A DNA stretch of 64,000 nucleotides from assembly GCA_964647585.1 (NCBI GenBank), contig CAZYGG010000006.1, positions 25,831 to 89,830 on the forward strand. Direction: 5' to 3'. Source of the stretch: an uncultured Desulfobacterales bacterium (GTDB lineage: Bacteria; Desulfobacterota; Desulfobacteria; Desulfobacterales; CAJINA01). The notes under the pieces were generated by a model. It was not told the DNA's origin. It ran no database searches and was given only the letters and a program-made list of their open reading frames with translations. Made by a program: the position numbers and the translations under genes. Numbering within the stretch: position 1 is the first letter of the stretch; every line of letters starts with the position of its first letter. Of the stretch, positions 26,102 through 36,347 are shown in pieces.

Positions 26102-27181
26102 ATGAAAAAGAAAACACTGGTTAGAGCTATCGCGGTTGTTGTGGCTGTCATCTTTGTATTGTCGGTCACACCGGCCATGGCAAAGGAAAAGAGAGTTCTC
26201 CTGAAAGTTCCGATCTGTTTTTCCACTTCCCTGCCGGGGCTCGGTTCCACCATTAAGTGGATCGAGGACAGAATTGCAATTGTGAGCAATGGTTCTGTAA
26301 AAATGAAAGTATACGAACCAGGCAAACTGGTCGCGCCTTTCGAAATTCTAGATGCGGTTAACAAGGGCAAAATCAACGCGGGCTATTCCATATCCGGATA
26401 CTGGGAGGGGAAAATCCCCGGGGCCTCGATTTTTTCAACAGTTCCCTTTGGACCGGAAACCGGTGAATTTCTGGCCTGGATGTATTATGGCAACGGCAGA
26501 AAGCTGTACCAAAAGATGTATGACGATGCCGGGTACGATGTACACGTCATTCCCTGTGGCATTATTGCCCCTGAAACTTCAGGCTGGTTCTCCAAACCCA
26601 TCAACTCGGTTGACGATCTCAAGGGGTTGAAAATGCGATTCTACGGCCTCGGCGGTAAAGCCATGCAGAAACTGGGCGTGTCGGTCAGTCTCATTCCCGG
26701 AGGGGAAATTTTTCCGGCCCTCGAAAAGAAGGCCATCGATGCGACCGAATTTTCCATGCCGGCCATTGACTCCCGCCTCGGGTTTTACAAAATCGTAAAA
26801 GACAACTACTTCCCCGGCTGGCATCAGCAGGCGACCCTGTTTGAACTGCTGATCAACAAAAAGGCCTGGAATAAGATGAGCAAGAGCCAGCAGATGATTA
26901 TCGAAATGATGGCCAAGGCCGCCACGGCGGACTCATTTGCCTACACCGAAGCCATTCAGGCGGCAGTTTTGAAAGAGAACGTCGACAACCGCGGCGTGAC
27001 CCTCCATTACTGGTCGGATGATATGCTGAAGGCATTCAAAACCGCATGGGAAGAGGTTGCCGTAGAACTTTCGGCTTCTTCACCGATGTTTAAAGAGGCT
27101 TATACGGATTTGTCTGAATTCCGCAGCACTTATGACCTCTGGGAATCCCACGCATTCCTCCCGCGGGCCAGAGGCAATTAG
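26102..27181 (+). CDS. dctP: TRAP transporter substrate-binding protein (DctP family, COG4663-type)
   Basis: It has a signal peptide (MKKKTLVRAIAVVVAVIFVLSVTPAMA) after an AAGGAGG RBS, and EFSMPAIDSRLGFYK...YFPGWHQ. Confidence 0.8.
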   Translation: MKKKTLVRAIAVVVAVIFVLSVTPAMAKEKRVLLKVPICFSTSLPGLGSTIKWIEDRIAIVSNGSVKMKVYEPGKLVAPFEILDAVNKGKINAGYSISGYWEGKIPGASIFSTVPFGPETGEFLAWMYYGNGRKLYQKMYDDAGYDVHVIPCGIIAPETSGWFSKPINSVDDLKGLKMRFYGLGGKAMQKLGVSVSLIPGGEIFPALEKKAIDATEFSMPAIDSRLGFYKIVKDNYFPGWHQQATLFELLINKKAWNKMSKSQQMIIEMMAKAATADSFAYTEAIQAAVLKENVDNRGVTLHYWSDDMLKAFKTAWEEVAVELSASSPMFKEAYTDLSEFRSTYDLWESHAFLPRARGN

Positions 27182-27194
27182 AAACAATAAAAAA

Positions 27195-27230
27195 ACCGGT
27201 GAAACGGCGTATAAACGCCGTTCCACCGGT
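27195..27230 (+). other. Intercistronic stem-loop between dctP and dctQ
   Basis: ACCGGTGAAACGGCG-TATAAA-CGCCGTTCCACCGGT forms a 15-bp stem with one mismatch. Only two Ts follow, so it is more likely an mRNA stabiliser or partial terminator than a full terminator. Confidence 0.5.
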
Positions 27231-27247
27231 TTAAGGGAGCGCTCTTC

Positions 27248-27766
27248 ATGGAAGCAACAAAACAGGTACCCAACCGGCTGTGCGACGCCCTGGATGCAGT
27301 TATCCGGAGGATCGGCCATATAGCCATGTGGTCCAATGTTATACTGATTTTTATCATCATCCTGCAAGTGATTCTGCGGTACGGTTTCGGAAAGGGGCTT
27401 GTGGTTCTCGAAGAACTCCAGTGGCACCTGTATGCCATTGGCATCATGTTCGGCGCCTCATACGCCCAGATGCGCGATTCGCATATCCGTGTGGATATAG
27501 TTCACTCGCTCCTTTCTGATAAAGCGAAATTGCGCTGGGACGTGTTTGGCACCGTGTTTTTGCTGCTGCCGTTTGTTTTCATTATTTTCCACCAGAGCCT
27601 GGATTTCGTCTACGACTCATGGCGGGTCAACGAACACTCTGACGCCCCCCTGGGACTCCCCTGGCGCTGGGCCATCAAAGGCGTCATCCCCGCCTCATTC
27701 GCCTTGCTGGGGGTTGCAACGGCTTCCCGAGTACTACGCATCATCATCCAGTTGAGGAGGTTATAG
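27248..27766 (+). CDS. dctQ: TRAP transporter small permease (DctQ)
   Basis: 172 aa with 4 TM segments. It lies between the DctP and DctM genes. Confidence 0.8.
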   Translation: MEATKQVPNRLCDALDAVIRRIGHIAMWSNVILIFIIILQVILRYGFGKGLVVLEELQWHLYAIGIMFGASYAQMRDSHIRVDIVHSLLSDKAKLRWDVFGTVFLLLPFVFIIFHQSLDFVYDSWRVNEHSDAPLGLPWRWAIKGVIPASFALLGVATASRVLRIIIQLRRL

Positions 27767-27769
27767 TCG

Positions 27770-29155
27770 GTGGAACTTAATGATTATCTCGTAATTGGAA
27801 TGTTTCTGTCTTTTATCGGTCTGCTTTTTACCGGCTTCCCGATTGCCTGGGTTCTGGGGGGCGTCGCCTGTCTCTTTACTCTGGTGGGCTACTGCGCCGA
27901 CCTCTGGTTTGATGCTACCACCGGGCTGGATTACCTGACTCTGGGAATGTCCGTAAACCGCATCTACAAATTCATGGACAACTGGGTCCTGGTGGCGCTA
28001 CCCATGTTTATTTTCATGGGACTCATGCTGGACCGCTCCGGCATAGCCGAGGGGTTAATGCGTTCTATGCAAAACCTGTTCGGTAAAGTACGCGGCGGAC
28101 TGGCCGTTACGGTCACCGTTATCGGCATTATACTGGCCGCCTCAACCGGGATCATCGGGGCGTCAGTGGTCCTTTTAGGATTGCTTTCCATGCCGGCCAT
28201 GCTGAAACAGGGCTATGCCAAAACACTGGCTCTGGGAACCATCGCCAGTTCGGGGACGCTCGGCATCCTCATTCCGCCCAGCATCATGCTGGTTATCATG
28301 GCCGATCAACTGGGACTCTCGGTAGGGGACCTTTTCATGGGCGCCGTCTTGCCGGGGGTCATCCTGGGCGGCCTGTATATCACTTACATCCTGGTATACT
28401 GCCTGGTTAGACCGGGCGCGGCACCGCTCGACCCGGATCGCGAGCCCATTGCCATGCGGATGCTCTGGGATGTGTTCAAACACATTCTTCCGCCCGCCCT
28501 CTTGATCATTGCGGTCCTGGGCTCCATTTTTGCCGGCATCACGACTCCGACCGAGGCCAGCGGCGTAGGGGCCCTGGGGGCAACCCTCCTGGCGGCCTTC
28601 AACAAACGGCTGAACTGGAAGGTTATCGTTGAAGTCACCAAATCCTGCTTTGATACAACCGCTTACATCTTCGCCATTTTCCTGGGGGCAACCTGCTTTG
28701 CCCTGGTGCTCCGCAGCCTGGGAGGAGACGAATTCATCGAGCGTATATTGACGGGGATCCCTCTGGGAAAATACGGCATCATGGCGGTTATCCTCGGGAG
28801 CATCTTCCTGCTCGGTTTCTTCCTGGACTGGATTGAAATCACCCTGATTGTATTGCCCCTGATCGCACCGGTCGTGTCCAATCTGGGCTTCGAGATTAAT
28901 GGGTACGGCGTTATCGACAATCCCGAGCTTATCTGGTTCGTGGTCCTTATCGCCGTCAGCCTGCAAACATCGTTTTTGACACCACCGGTTGGTTTCGCGC
29001 TGTTCTACCTCAAGGGCATCTGCCCGCCCGAGGTCGAGTTGGTTGACATTTACAAAGGCGTCATTCCGTTTATTATTTTACAACTCATCGGCCTTCTGAT
29101 CGTCGCCATCTGGCCACAGCTGGTCATCTGGCTACCTGCGGTTGCCTATGGATAA
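27770..29155 (+). CDS. dctM: TRAP transporter large permease (DctM)
   Basis: 461 aa and polytopic, with GGLAVTVTVIGIILAASTG and GTLGILIPPSIMLVI, typical DctM blocks. GTG start. Confidence 0.9.
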   Translation: MELNDYLVIGMFLSFIGLLFTGFPIAWVLGGVACLFTLVGYCADLWFDATTGLDYLTLGMSVNRIYKFMDNWVLVALPMFIFMGLMLDRSGIAEGLMRSMQNLFGKVRGGLAVTVTVIGIILAASTGIIGASVVLLGLLSMPAMLKQGYAKTLALGTIASSGTLGILIPPSIMLVIMADQLGLSVGDLFMGAVLPGVILGGLYITYILVYCLVRPGAAPLDPDREPIAMRMLWDVFKHILPPALLIIAVLGSIFAGITTPTEASGVGALGATLLAAFNKRLNWKVIVEVTKSCFDTTAYIFAIFLGATCFALVLRSLGGDEFIERILTGIPLGKYGIMAVILGSIFLLGFFLDWIEITLIVLPLIAPVVSNLGFEINGYGVIDNPELIWFVVLIAVSLQTSFLTPPVGFALFYLKGICPPEVELVDIYKGVIPFIILQLIGLLIVAIWPQLVIWLPAVAYG

Positions 29156-29240
29156 ATCCGGGCCACTCCGGAAACGGTAATGGCCTCATAGCGCCCAGGC
29201 CCAGAGCCACCACACGTGAGTCAGGGAAGGGAGATTCGCC

Positions 29241-30482
29241 ATGAAGCGTAATAATCGAGGGATGTGGTTCATCGTCCCCCTGTTTATTTTCCTGACCGGG
29301 TTATTAACCTTTGAAAGCGCGTTTGCAGCCAGGCCCTTCCATCTGGGGGTCGCTCTCGGATTGACCGGCACGGGTGCGCCCTATTCCCGGGAAGCCGTTG
29401 AGGGTATTGAAATAGCTGTCAATGAAATCAATGCCCGGGGCGGACTGCTTGGAAAGCATTCTATCCGGCTTTTCATCAGAGATACCCGTACACAACCGGC
29501 CAGGGCCAGAAGCGTTGTGACTGCCCTGATTGATACAGACCGGGTAAAATGTGTTATCGGAACATATTCCAGTGCTACCGCTTTGGCCATCAAACCGGTG
29601 TGCCGAGAAAAAAAGGTGCTGCACATTGCCACCATCAGCAACTCGGAAAACATCACCAAGCTTGATCCCAGTCCCTACACTTACTCGGTAGTGCCCAACA
29701 CCTACATGATGGCCAAGGCAGTTGCCGCCGGCGTCTCAAAACTGGCCCTGAAAAGCGGCTGGTCCCGGTATGCGACCATTGCCTCGGATTATGCCTGGGG
29801 ACGGTCCAGCCAGGAAATCCAGGTCGACCTGCTCCGGAAGGTTTCCCCGAACTTAAAATTGGTCGCCACTTACTGGCCGCAGCTCGGCCAGACCCGGTTC
29901 AACTCTTTTATTGTAAATATTTTGGCGGAAAAACCGGATTTTCTCCTGGGGTCCATTGCCGGTGCGGACAACGCTTTCTGGATGAGAGACTGCCGCGACT
30001 ACCGTTTCTTTAAAAAGGTGGTCTACCCCGGAAGCCTGCTCAGCGTCACAGAACTCATTAAGGGCGCGCGCAGCATTCGCCGCGGTCTTTACGGACGGTG
30101 CCGGGCTCCCTTTTTCGCACACCCCGCAGAGCCTATGATGAACGGGCTGGTAGAAGGCTTCAGGCAAAAATTTGACCGCTATCCCAGCGACTGGGCCGTC
30201 ATGGCCTATGACGGTGTGCAGGTCTTGCGGCAGGGCGTTGAAAAAGCCGGCAGCATCGAGGTTGAACCGATCCGGAAGGCCATGCAGGGGCTGGCTGTCG
30301 AAACCTGCCGCGGAAAACTTTATTTCCGCAAGATTGACAACCAGCTGAGCTGTTCCAGCTACTTCGGCAGGGTTGCCGATGATCCCGGATACCCTTTCCC
30401 GGTCTATCATGACCTGCTGGAGCTGAAAGCACCGGACAACTGGCGGCCCGCGGCGGAGATCAGTGCAGCCAGGAAAAAATGA
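29241..30482 (+). CDS. ABC-type (LivK-like, type I periplasmic binding fold) substrate-binding protein, no cognate permease/ATPase nearby
   Basis: It has a signal peptide, and GVALGLTGTGAPYSREAVEGIEIAVNEINARGGLLGK is the classic Leu/Ile/Val-binding-protein N-terminus. Confidence 0.8.
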   Translation: MKRNNRGMWFIVPLFIFLTGLLTFESAFAARPFHLGVALGLTGTGAPYSREAVEGIEIAVNEINARGGLLGKHSIRLFIRDTRTQPARARSVVTALIDTDRVKCVIGTYSSATALAIKPVCREKKVLHIATISNSENITKLDPSPYTYSVVPNTYMMAKAVAAGVSKLALKSGWSRYATIASDYAWGRSSQEIQVDLLRKVSPNLKLVATYWPQLGQTRFNSFIVNILAEKPDFLLGSIAGADNAFWMRDCRDYRFFKKVVYPGSLLSVTELIKGARSIRRGLYGRCRAPFFAHPAEPMMNGLVEGFRQKFDRYPSDWAVMAYDGVQVLRQGVEKAGSIEVEPIRKAMQGLAVETCRGKLYFRKIDNQLSCSSYFGRVADDPGYPFPVYHDLLELKAPDNWRPAAEISAARKK

Positions 30483-30580
30483 CCGGCGGCCAATCCGCTT
30501 TTATCCTGAAAGAACGGCTACAAACTCACTGGAGGCATGACCCGTCACTCCCATAAATACAGCAAAATAGGCAACCGGCC

Positions 30581-32749
30581 CTATTTCTTCTTTTTTTTCT
30601 GCCCGGCCAGCAACTCGGCAAGGTGCTTAACTGCGACGTTGCTGCCCCGCTTGTCCAGGCCGCCTTTTAGCTGCATGACGCAGCCCGGACAATCCGTCAC
30701 CAGTATGTCGGCACCGGATTCCTGCACCATATCCAGCTTTTTTCCAAGAATCTCGGCCGAGATTTCCGGAAAGTCGACCGAGTATGATCCGCCGAAGCCA
30801 CAGCAAACTTCTTCATCCCGGGACGGGACATAGTGCCCCCCGGAAGCCTCGATGAGCTTGCGCGGCTCCGCTACTACTTTGAGTCCCCGGCAGAGATGGC
30901 AAGGGGCATGGTAGGTGACCTTCTGGTCGGATTGTTCGAAGTCCTGTGGCTGGGGGTTGAGAACATTTTGCATGAAAGAGGAGAAATCGATAAGTTTGTC
31001 GGCAAACCCGGCCGCCCGGCGCCCGGCATCCGTATCGGCGTCCAGGATCTTCCCGTAGTTATGCTTGATGTGTGAAGCACAGGAAGCACAGAGGGTGATG
31101 ATGTAATCATAATCTTCGCCACCAAACGCCACGGCGTTCTGGAGAGCCAGTTCTGCGGCGGTTTCTTCCTCGGCTGCCATAAGCGCCGGCAGGCCGCAGC
31201 AGGTTTGCTCCATGGGAAACTCCAGGCTGACCCCATGGTCATCCAGCAGGTCTACCAGGGCCTCGCCCTGTTCGGGGTAGATAAAATCCACCGCGCAACC
31301 CCCGAAGAAGCCGACATTCAAGGTGGGATTCGCAACTGGCTTTTTTATGGCCTGCCAGCGATCGCGCAGGGGCACCCTTGCGATGACCGGCAAACTGCGG
31401 AAGCCGTGGGCCTTTTCGAAAAAATTCGGTAGATGGCGAATCATTGGGGCGCCCTTGGCAAACGGCTTCTGGGCCAGGGAGGCTTTCCTGAGAATGAAAT
31501 GAAACAGCTTGCGGTTCTTCATTATTCGGGCGAGGAAGTAATTTTTGACCGGTTTTTTTCCCTCGGCATCCAGCACTGCACGATGTGTTTTCTTGACCAG
31601 GTGCGGCAGATCAATGGCCACCGGACAGACCTCCTTGCAGGCCTGGCAGTTGATGCAGTTGCGGACGATGGCCCGATCATTTTCAGCACCGTGGTAAAAG
31701 AGGGTCAGAATCAGGCCGATGGCCCCTATATAGACATGGCCATACTTGTGGCCGCCCACTTTACTGTAAATGGGGCAGACATTGGCACAGGCCCCACACC
31801 GGATACAGCGCAGGCTCGTAGAAAAAACCGGGTCCCCGGCCAGGTCCAATCGTCCGTTGTCCAAAAAGATGATGTGCATCTCCTTGTTGCCTTCCGGCGC
31901 GGCGCTGCAGGCGTTGGATCCCTTTATCCAGGTGACGTAGGAGGTAATCGCCTGGCCGGTGGCATTGCGGGGCAGCACCTTGAGAATCCGGAGCGCCGAC
32001 TCCAGATCCGGCACGAGTTTGTCGTAACCCACCAGGGCCACGTGAACTCTGGGCAGGGTCGTCACCAGGCGCATGTTGCCCTCATTGGTAACCAGCCCGA
32101 GTGTCCCGGATTCAGCAACGGCAAAGTTGGCACCGCTGATGCCCATGTCCGCTTCCAGAAAAGCGGGACGCAACTGCTCCCGGGCGACCTTGACCAGTTT
32201 GTCGATATTCTCTGAATCCATTTCCCGGCGGGTAACTTCCTTAAAAAGATCCCCCACCTGGTAGCGCGACAGGTGGATCGCCGGCATGACCATGTGCGAC
32301 GGTCCCTCCTGCCTGAGTTGAATGATCCATTCTCCCAGATCGGTTTCGGTAACGATCAGGCCTTTTTTCTCCAAATGCGCATTCAGGAAGGTTTCCTCAG
32401 CGGTCATGGATTTTGATTTCACTATTTTCCGGGAGCCGCTCTCTTTGGCTATCTGCGCAATTAACGCATTGGCCGCCTGCGCATCCGCGGCCCGGTGTAC
32501 TGTGGCGCCGGCCTTCTCCGCGTTGGTTTTGAACTGGGCAAACAGGGTTTCCAGCAGGGGTAGTGCGGCATCTTTTCCTGCGGCAATCGCATCCCGGATC
32601 CCCTCAAAATCAATTCCGGCATACACATTGGGCCGGTTCTCCCGGTAAACGGTGTTGAATTTGTCCAGGGCCGAGCGGAGAAAATTATCCGCCAGCGCTT
32701 CCTTTAACTGCTTTTTATAGGATTTGATATCCTGTGCGGTCTTGATCAT
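30581..32749 (-). CDS. lutB: Lactate utilization protein LutB fused to LutA-like CCG domains (LUD + 2x[4Fe-4S] + CCG; LldF/E-type L-lactate dehydrogenase subunit)
   Basis: It has a DUF162/LUD N-terminus (GPSHMVMPAIH), ferredoxin motifs CIRCGACANVCP and CINCQACKEVCP, and C-terminal CCG motifs (CCGLPA..., CCGFGGS). Confidence 0.85.
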   Translation of the reverse strand: MIKTAQDIKSYKKQLKEALADNFLRSALDKFNTVYRENRPNVYAGIDFEGIRDAIAAGKDAALPLLETLFAQFKTNAEKAGATVHRAADAQAANALIAQIAKESGSRKIVKSKSMTAEETFLNAHLEKKGLIVTETDLGEWIIQLRQEGPSHMVMPAIHLSRYQVGDLFKEVTRREMDSENIDKLVKVAREQLRPAFLEADMGISGANFAVAESGTLGLVTNEGNMRLVTTLPRVHVALVGYDKLVPDLESALRILKVLPRNATGQAITSYVTWIKGSNACSAAPEGNKEMHIIFLDNGRLDLAGDPVFSTSLRCIRCGACANVCPIYSKVGGHKYGHVYIGAIGLILTLFYHGAENDRAIVRNCINCQACKEVCPVAIDLPHLVKKTHRAVLDAEGKKPVKNYFLARIMKNRKLFHFILRKASLAQKPFAKGAPMIRHLPNFFEKAHGFRSLPVIARVPLRDRWQAIKKPVANPTLNVGFFGGCAVDFIYPEQGEALVDLLDDHGVSLEFPMEQTCCGLPALMAAEEETAAELALQNAVAFGGEDYDYIITLCASCASHIKHNYGKILDADTDAGRRAAGFADKLIDFSSFMQNVLNPQPQDFEQSDQKVTYHAPCHLCRGLKVVAEPRKLIEASGGHYVPSRDEEVCCGFGGSYSVDFPEISAEILGKKLDMVQESGADILVTDCPGCVMQLKGGLDKRGSNVAVKHLAELLAGQKKKKK

Positions 32750-33306
32750 GCTTCAGCCCCCTTCTGGATTAGGATGTGCAGTTCCTGCGGCCCGTGGACT
32801 CCGATGGCAAGTACCCTTTCAATATCTGCTGTGCGGCTGGCGCCGGTGATAAACGCCGTGTAAGACGGCGATGCTTCCAGTAGAATCTCGTTCAGGTGAG
32901 GTGCAATAGACTCAGCGTCGGGAACGATGCGCGACTGTGCCAGAACGGCCACATGGACTTCAGCCAGCATGGTGGCCAGGCGGATATCTTCCGAATCGGA
33001 TTTGAGGACCAGCGTTCCGGTTTCCGCAATCCCCCATTCGGCACAGGTCAAGGCGGCGTGGATCCGGGTGGGATGATCTGCCAGAGGGCTTTCCAGAAGG
33101 GTGACCCCGGCCTGCTTGCAGCCTGATGCCAGAAGAGCCCGCCGGCCGTTGTCCACTGCGGGCGCGGCCACCGTTTTATAGTTCTGGTTCCGGGCCAGAT
33201 CGATTGCATAGGCAACCGCCTCATCGAAGGACGTGATGTCAGACACGATTGCCTGGACTGCGCTCGCCTTTTCCGTCATAAGCTGTTTTATCGTCTCCTG
33301 ATCCAT
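32746..33306 (-). CDS. lutC: Lactate utilization protein LutC (LUD domain)
   Basis: Contains AEWGIAETGTLVL and ...TGASRTADIE. GGAGG RBS precedes the start, and the stop overlaps the lutB start (ATGA). Confidence 0.8.
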   Translation of the reverse strand: MDQETIKQLMTEKASAVQAIVSDITSFDEAVAYAIDLARNQNYKTVAAPAVDNGRRALLASGCKQAGVTLLESPLADHPTRIHAALTCAEWGIAETGTLVLKSDSEDIRLATMLAEVHVAVLAQSRIVPDAESIAPHLNEILLEASPSYTAFITGASRTADIERVLAIGVHGPQELHILIQKGAEA

Positions 33307-33391
33307 GTTTCCTCCGTAGGGCACCGCGCATAGACTGCGGTGTTAAAGTAACGAATCCGGGGGCTCTCGACAACGCTGGCATGTCGCTTGA

Positions 33392-33407
33392 AATTGGTGA
33401 TACCATT
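33392..33407. promoter_or_regulatory. GntR/FadR-type operator AATTGGTGATACCATT (lutC side)
   Basis: It has a palindromic TGGT-N3-ACCA core with AT flanks, matching the PdhR/LldR-type consensus AATTGGTnnnACCAATT. Confidence 0.6.
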
Positions 33408-33547
33408 ATTACAGTACGGCTGTAAACGGTGTCAAGGCTATATCAAGGAAAGCGCTTGTCAACCTTTTAACCATCTGATAGATAAATAAAATATCTTTTT
33501 AAAGCATAAAATACTCGCCGACCGTCAGGGCTTGGAACCGGCGAATA

Positions 33548-33563
33548 AATTGGTACTACCATT
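33548..33563. promoter_or_regulatory. GntR/FadR-type operator AATTGGTACTACCATT (glcD side)
   Basis: This is a second copy of the same 16-mer (14/16 identical) located 41 bp upstream of the glcD-like ATG. Confidence 0.6.
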
Positions 33564-33603
33564 GGATATACAACCCTAAATATACTGCGCGCAGGGGAAA
33601 ACA

Positions 33604-34983
33604 ATGTTCAGCAAGAAACTGCTAAAGGAATTTGAAAAATACATCGGTAAACAAAACGTGTTCCACGATCAGGCGGACCTCATTACCTACTCCTATGATG
33701 CCGCCGTGCTGGACCAGGTGCTGCCCGGATTGGCGGTTCGCCCCACCACCTCCGAGGCATTAAGCCACGCGGTCAGACTGTGCCATGAAAATGGGCTGCC
33801 GCTGACGGTTCGTGGAGCGGGCACCAACCTCAGCGGAGGAACAATTCCCATAAAAAATGGTGTGGTTGTTATCACCAACGGTTTGGACAGAATCCTGGAA
33901 ATCAATGACCGGGACCTTTACGCGGTGGTTCAACCGGGAGTGGTGACAGCTACCCTGGCGGCAGCCGTTGCCCAAAAGGGCCTGTTCTATCCCCCGGATC
34001 CTGGCAGCCAGGCCGTTTCGACCCTGGGGGGCAATGTTGCTGAAAACGCCGGCGGACTGCGCGGCCTGAAGTATGGTGTTACGCGTGACTATGTAATGGG
34101 CATCAAATTTTTTGACGTCCACGGTGAACCCGTCATCAGTGGCTCCCGGACCGTAAAATGTGCCACGGGCTACAACCTGACCGGCCTGATGGTCGGTTCG
34201 GAGGGGACCCTGGGGGTTTTCGACGAGATTATCCTTAAATTGATTCCCCCGCCGGCGCATCAGAAGGCCATGGTGGCGGTCTTTGATGAAATGCAGAGCG
34301 CTTCGGAAACCGTGGCCGAGATTATTGCCGCCCGTATCGTCCCCGCCACCCTTGAGTTCATGGACAACTTCACCATAAGGGCTGTCGAAGATTTCAGCCG
34401 GGCTGGCCTCCCCATCGATGCCCGGGCGCTTTTATTGATAGAAGTCGATGGACATCCGGCCCAGGTGGAAGAAGATGCCGGGAAGATAGAAGCCATCTGT
34501 CGCCAAAAAGGCGCGAGCTCAATTCAGGTGGCCAAAACCGCAGCCGAGCGCGATAAAGTCTGGGAAGCCCGGCGGACGGCACTTTCCGCGTTGGCGAAAC
34601 TGAAACCGACCCTGGTTTTAGAAGATGCAACGGTTCCCCGCAGTAAAATCCCGGAAATGGTTGGTGCCCTCGAGACTATTGCCGCGAATTACAACCTGAC
34701 CATCGGCACCTTTGGCCATGCGGGCGATGGCAATCTGCATCCCACCATCTTGACCGACAAACGCGACCGGTATGAGTGGGAGCGGGTCGAGGCGGCCATC
34801 GAAGAAATATTTGACCGGGCCCTGGCTTTGGGCGGCACCTTGTCCGGTGAGCATGGAACCGGTATCGCCAAATCCAGGTTCCTTGCCAAAGAGACCAGCC
34901 AAGCCACAATTGCCTATTCAAAAAGGGTTAAATCAGCCCTTGATCCGAACAATATTCTCAACCCTGGAAAAGTTTTCGATTAG
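33604..34983 (+). CDS. glcD: FAD-linked oxidase, GlcD / D-lactate dehydrogenase family
   Basis: It has an FAD_binding_4 N-terminus (RGAGTNLSGG, GGNVAENAGG) and C-terminal GTLSGEHGTGIAK and DPNNILNPGK. Confidence 0.9.
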   Translation: MFSKKLLKEFEKYIGKQNVFHDQADLITYSYDAAVLDQVLPGLAVRPTTSEALSHAVRLCHENGLPLTVRGAGTNLSGGTIPIKNGVVVITNGLDRILEINDRDLYAVVQPGVVTATLAAAVAQKGLFYPPDPGSQAVSTLGGNVAENAGGLRGLKYGVTRDYVMGIKFFDVHGEPVISGSRTVKCATGYNLTGLMVGSEGTLGVFDEIILKLIPPPAHQKAMVAVFDEMQSASETVAEIIAARIVPATLEFMDNFTIRAVEDFSRAGLPIDARALLLIEVDGHPAQVEEDAGKIEAICRQKGASSIQVAKTAAERDKVWEARRTALSALAKLKPTLVLEDATVPRSKIPEMVGALETIAANYNLTIGTFGHAGDGNLHPTILTDKRDRYEWERVEAAIEEIFDRALALGGTLSGEHGTGIAKSRFLAKETSQATIAYSKRVKSALDPNNILNPGKVFD

Positions 34984-35021
34984 CCGATATCCCTACCGGA
35001 AATACATCCTGGAGAAAATAG

Positions 35022-36347
35022 ATGCCTGACTTGAAAAAACTCGCAACGCTGATAAAGGAACTTGAAGACCAGACGATTGTCTGCATGCGCTGCGGCCTCT
35101 GCCAGTCGGTTTGCCCGGTTTTTGAAAATACCGGAAGGGAGTCCGATGTGGCCAGAGGGAAACTGGCCCTATTGGACGGTCTTGCAAAGGAGATGCTTGC
35201 AAATCCTGCCGAGGCCTCTGAGCGCCTGAACAAATGCCTGCTGTGCGGTTCCTGCGCGGCCAGTTGCCCCAGCGGTGTCAACGCAATGGAGATTTTTATT
35301 AAAGCCAGAGCCGTCCTCACTGGTTATGCAGGCTTGCCGCCGGCCAAGAAGTTGCTCCTCAGGAAAATGCTGGCCCATCCGGCAATATTTGACCGACTGC
35401 TTGAATGGGGCGCCCGCGCACAAAAAATAATCTCACGCCCGGTAAGCGACATTCTGGGAACATCGTGCGCGAAGGTGGCCTCGCCCTTGGTGGGCAACCG
35501 CCATTTTGTACCACTGGCCGCTGCGCCGTTCCACAAATCAACTCCCTCGCTGGACACCGGCAAAGGTGCCAGCGGCCTGAAGGTGGCCTTCTTTCCAGGC
35601 TGCCTGCTTGACAAGTTCTTTCCTCACATCGCCCGGGATGTCGTCGACGTTCTGACGCACCACGGGGTTGGCATCTGGATGCCCCCGGGCCAGGGGTGCT
35701 GCGGCATACCCGCGATCTCTTCCGGCGATATGTCCTCCTTTGAAAAACTGGCGATGCATAACCTGGAATTGCTGGGGTCACGGGAAACCGACTATATCGT
35801 CACTGCCTGCGCCACCTGCACGGCCACCCTCAAAAAAATATGGCCGGCAATGCTCGGCAACATCCCGTCCGAGTACAAACAACAGGTAGCCGCGATTTCT
35901 GAAAAGACCATTGACATCAACCAGTTGATTTTCACGCATATCGGAATTGAAACAGCCCCAGCAAACAATTCGTCCCCGCCGGTGAACGTTACCTATCATG
36001 ACCCCTGCCATCTAAAAAAATCACTCGGCGTTCACCGGGAACCGCGGGAACTGGTCAAAGCCTGCCGGGGATACCGCCTGGTAGAAATGGATGACGCCGA
36101 CAAATGCTGCGGTATGGGCGGAAGCTTTAATTTGCAGTATTATGAAATATCGTGTAGTATCGGCGCCCGGAAAAGGGAGCGTATTGTGGAGACCGGCTGC
36201 AGTATTGCCGCAACCGGGTGTCCGGCATGTATACTCCAAATATCCGACATGCTCTCGCAGTCCGGGCACGCCATCAGCGTCAAGCATCCGATCGAGCTTT
36301 ACGCGGAGAACATAAGAAATTATGACCGTACGTCTAAAGCCCATTAA
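35022..36347 (+). CDS. glcF: (Fe-S)-binding subunit, GlcF-like (2x[4Fe-4S] + two CCG domains)
   Basis: Contains CMRCGLCQSVCP, CLLCGSCAASCP, and CCGIPA / CCGMGGSF CCG motifs. Confidence 0.85.
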   Translation: MPDLKKLATLIKELEDQTIVCMRCGLCQSVCPVFENTGRESDVARGKLALLDGLAKEMLANPAEASERLNKCLLCGSCAASCPSGVNAMEIFIKARAVLTGYAGLPPAKKLLLRKMLAHPAIFDRLLEWGARAQKIISRPVSDILGTSCAKVASPLVGNRHFVPLAAAPFHKSTPSLDTGKGASGLKVAFFPGCLLDKFFPHIARDVVDVLTHHGVGIWMPPGQGCCGIPAISSGDMSSFEKLAMHNLELLGSRETDYIVTACATCTATLKKIWPAMLGNIPSEYKQQVAAISEKTIDINQLIFTHIGIETAPANNSSPPVNVTYHDPCHLKKSLGVHREPRELVKACRGYRLVEMDDADKCCGMGGSFNLQYYEISCSIGARKRERIVETGCSIAATGCPACILQISDMLSQSGHAISVKHPIELYAENIRNYDRTSKAH

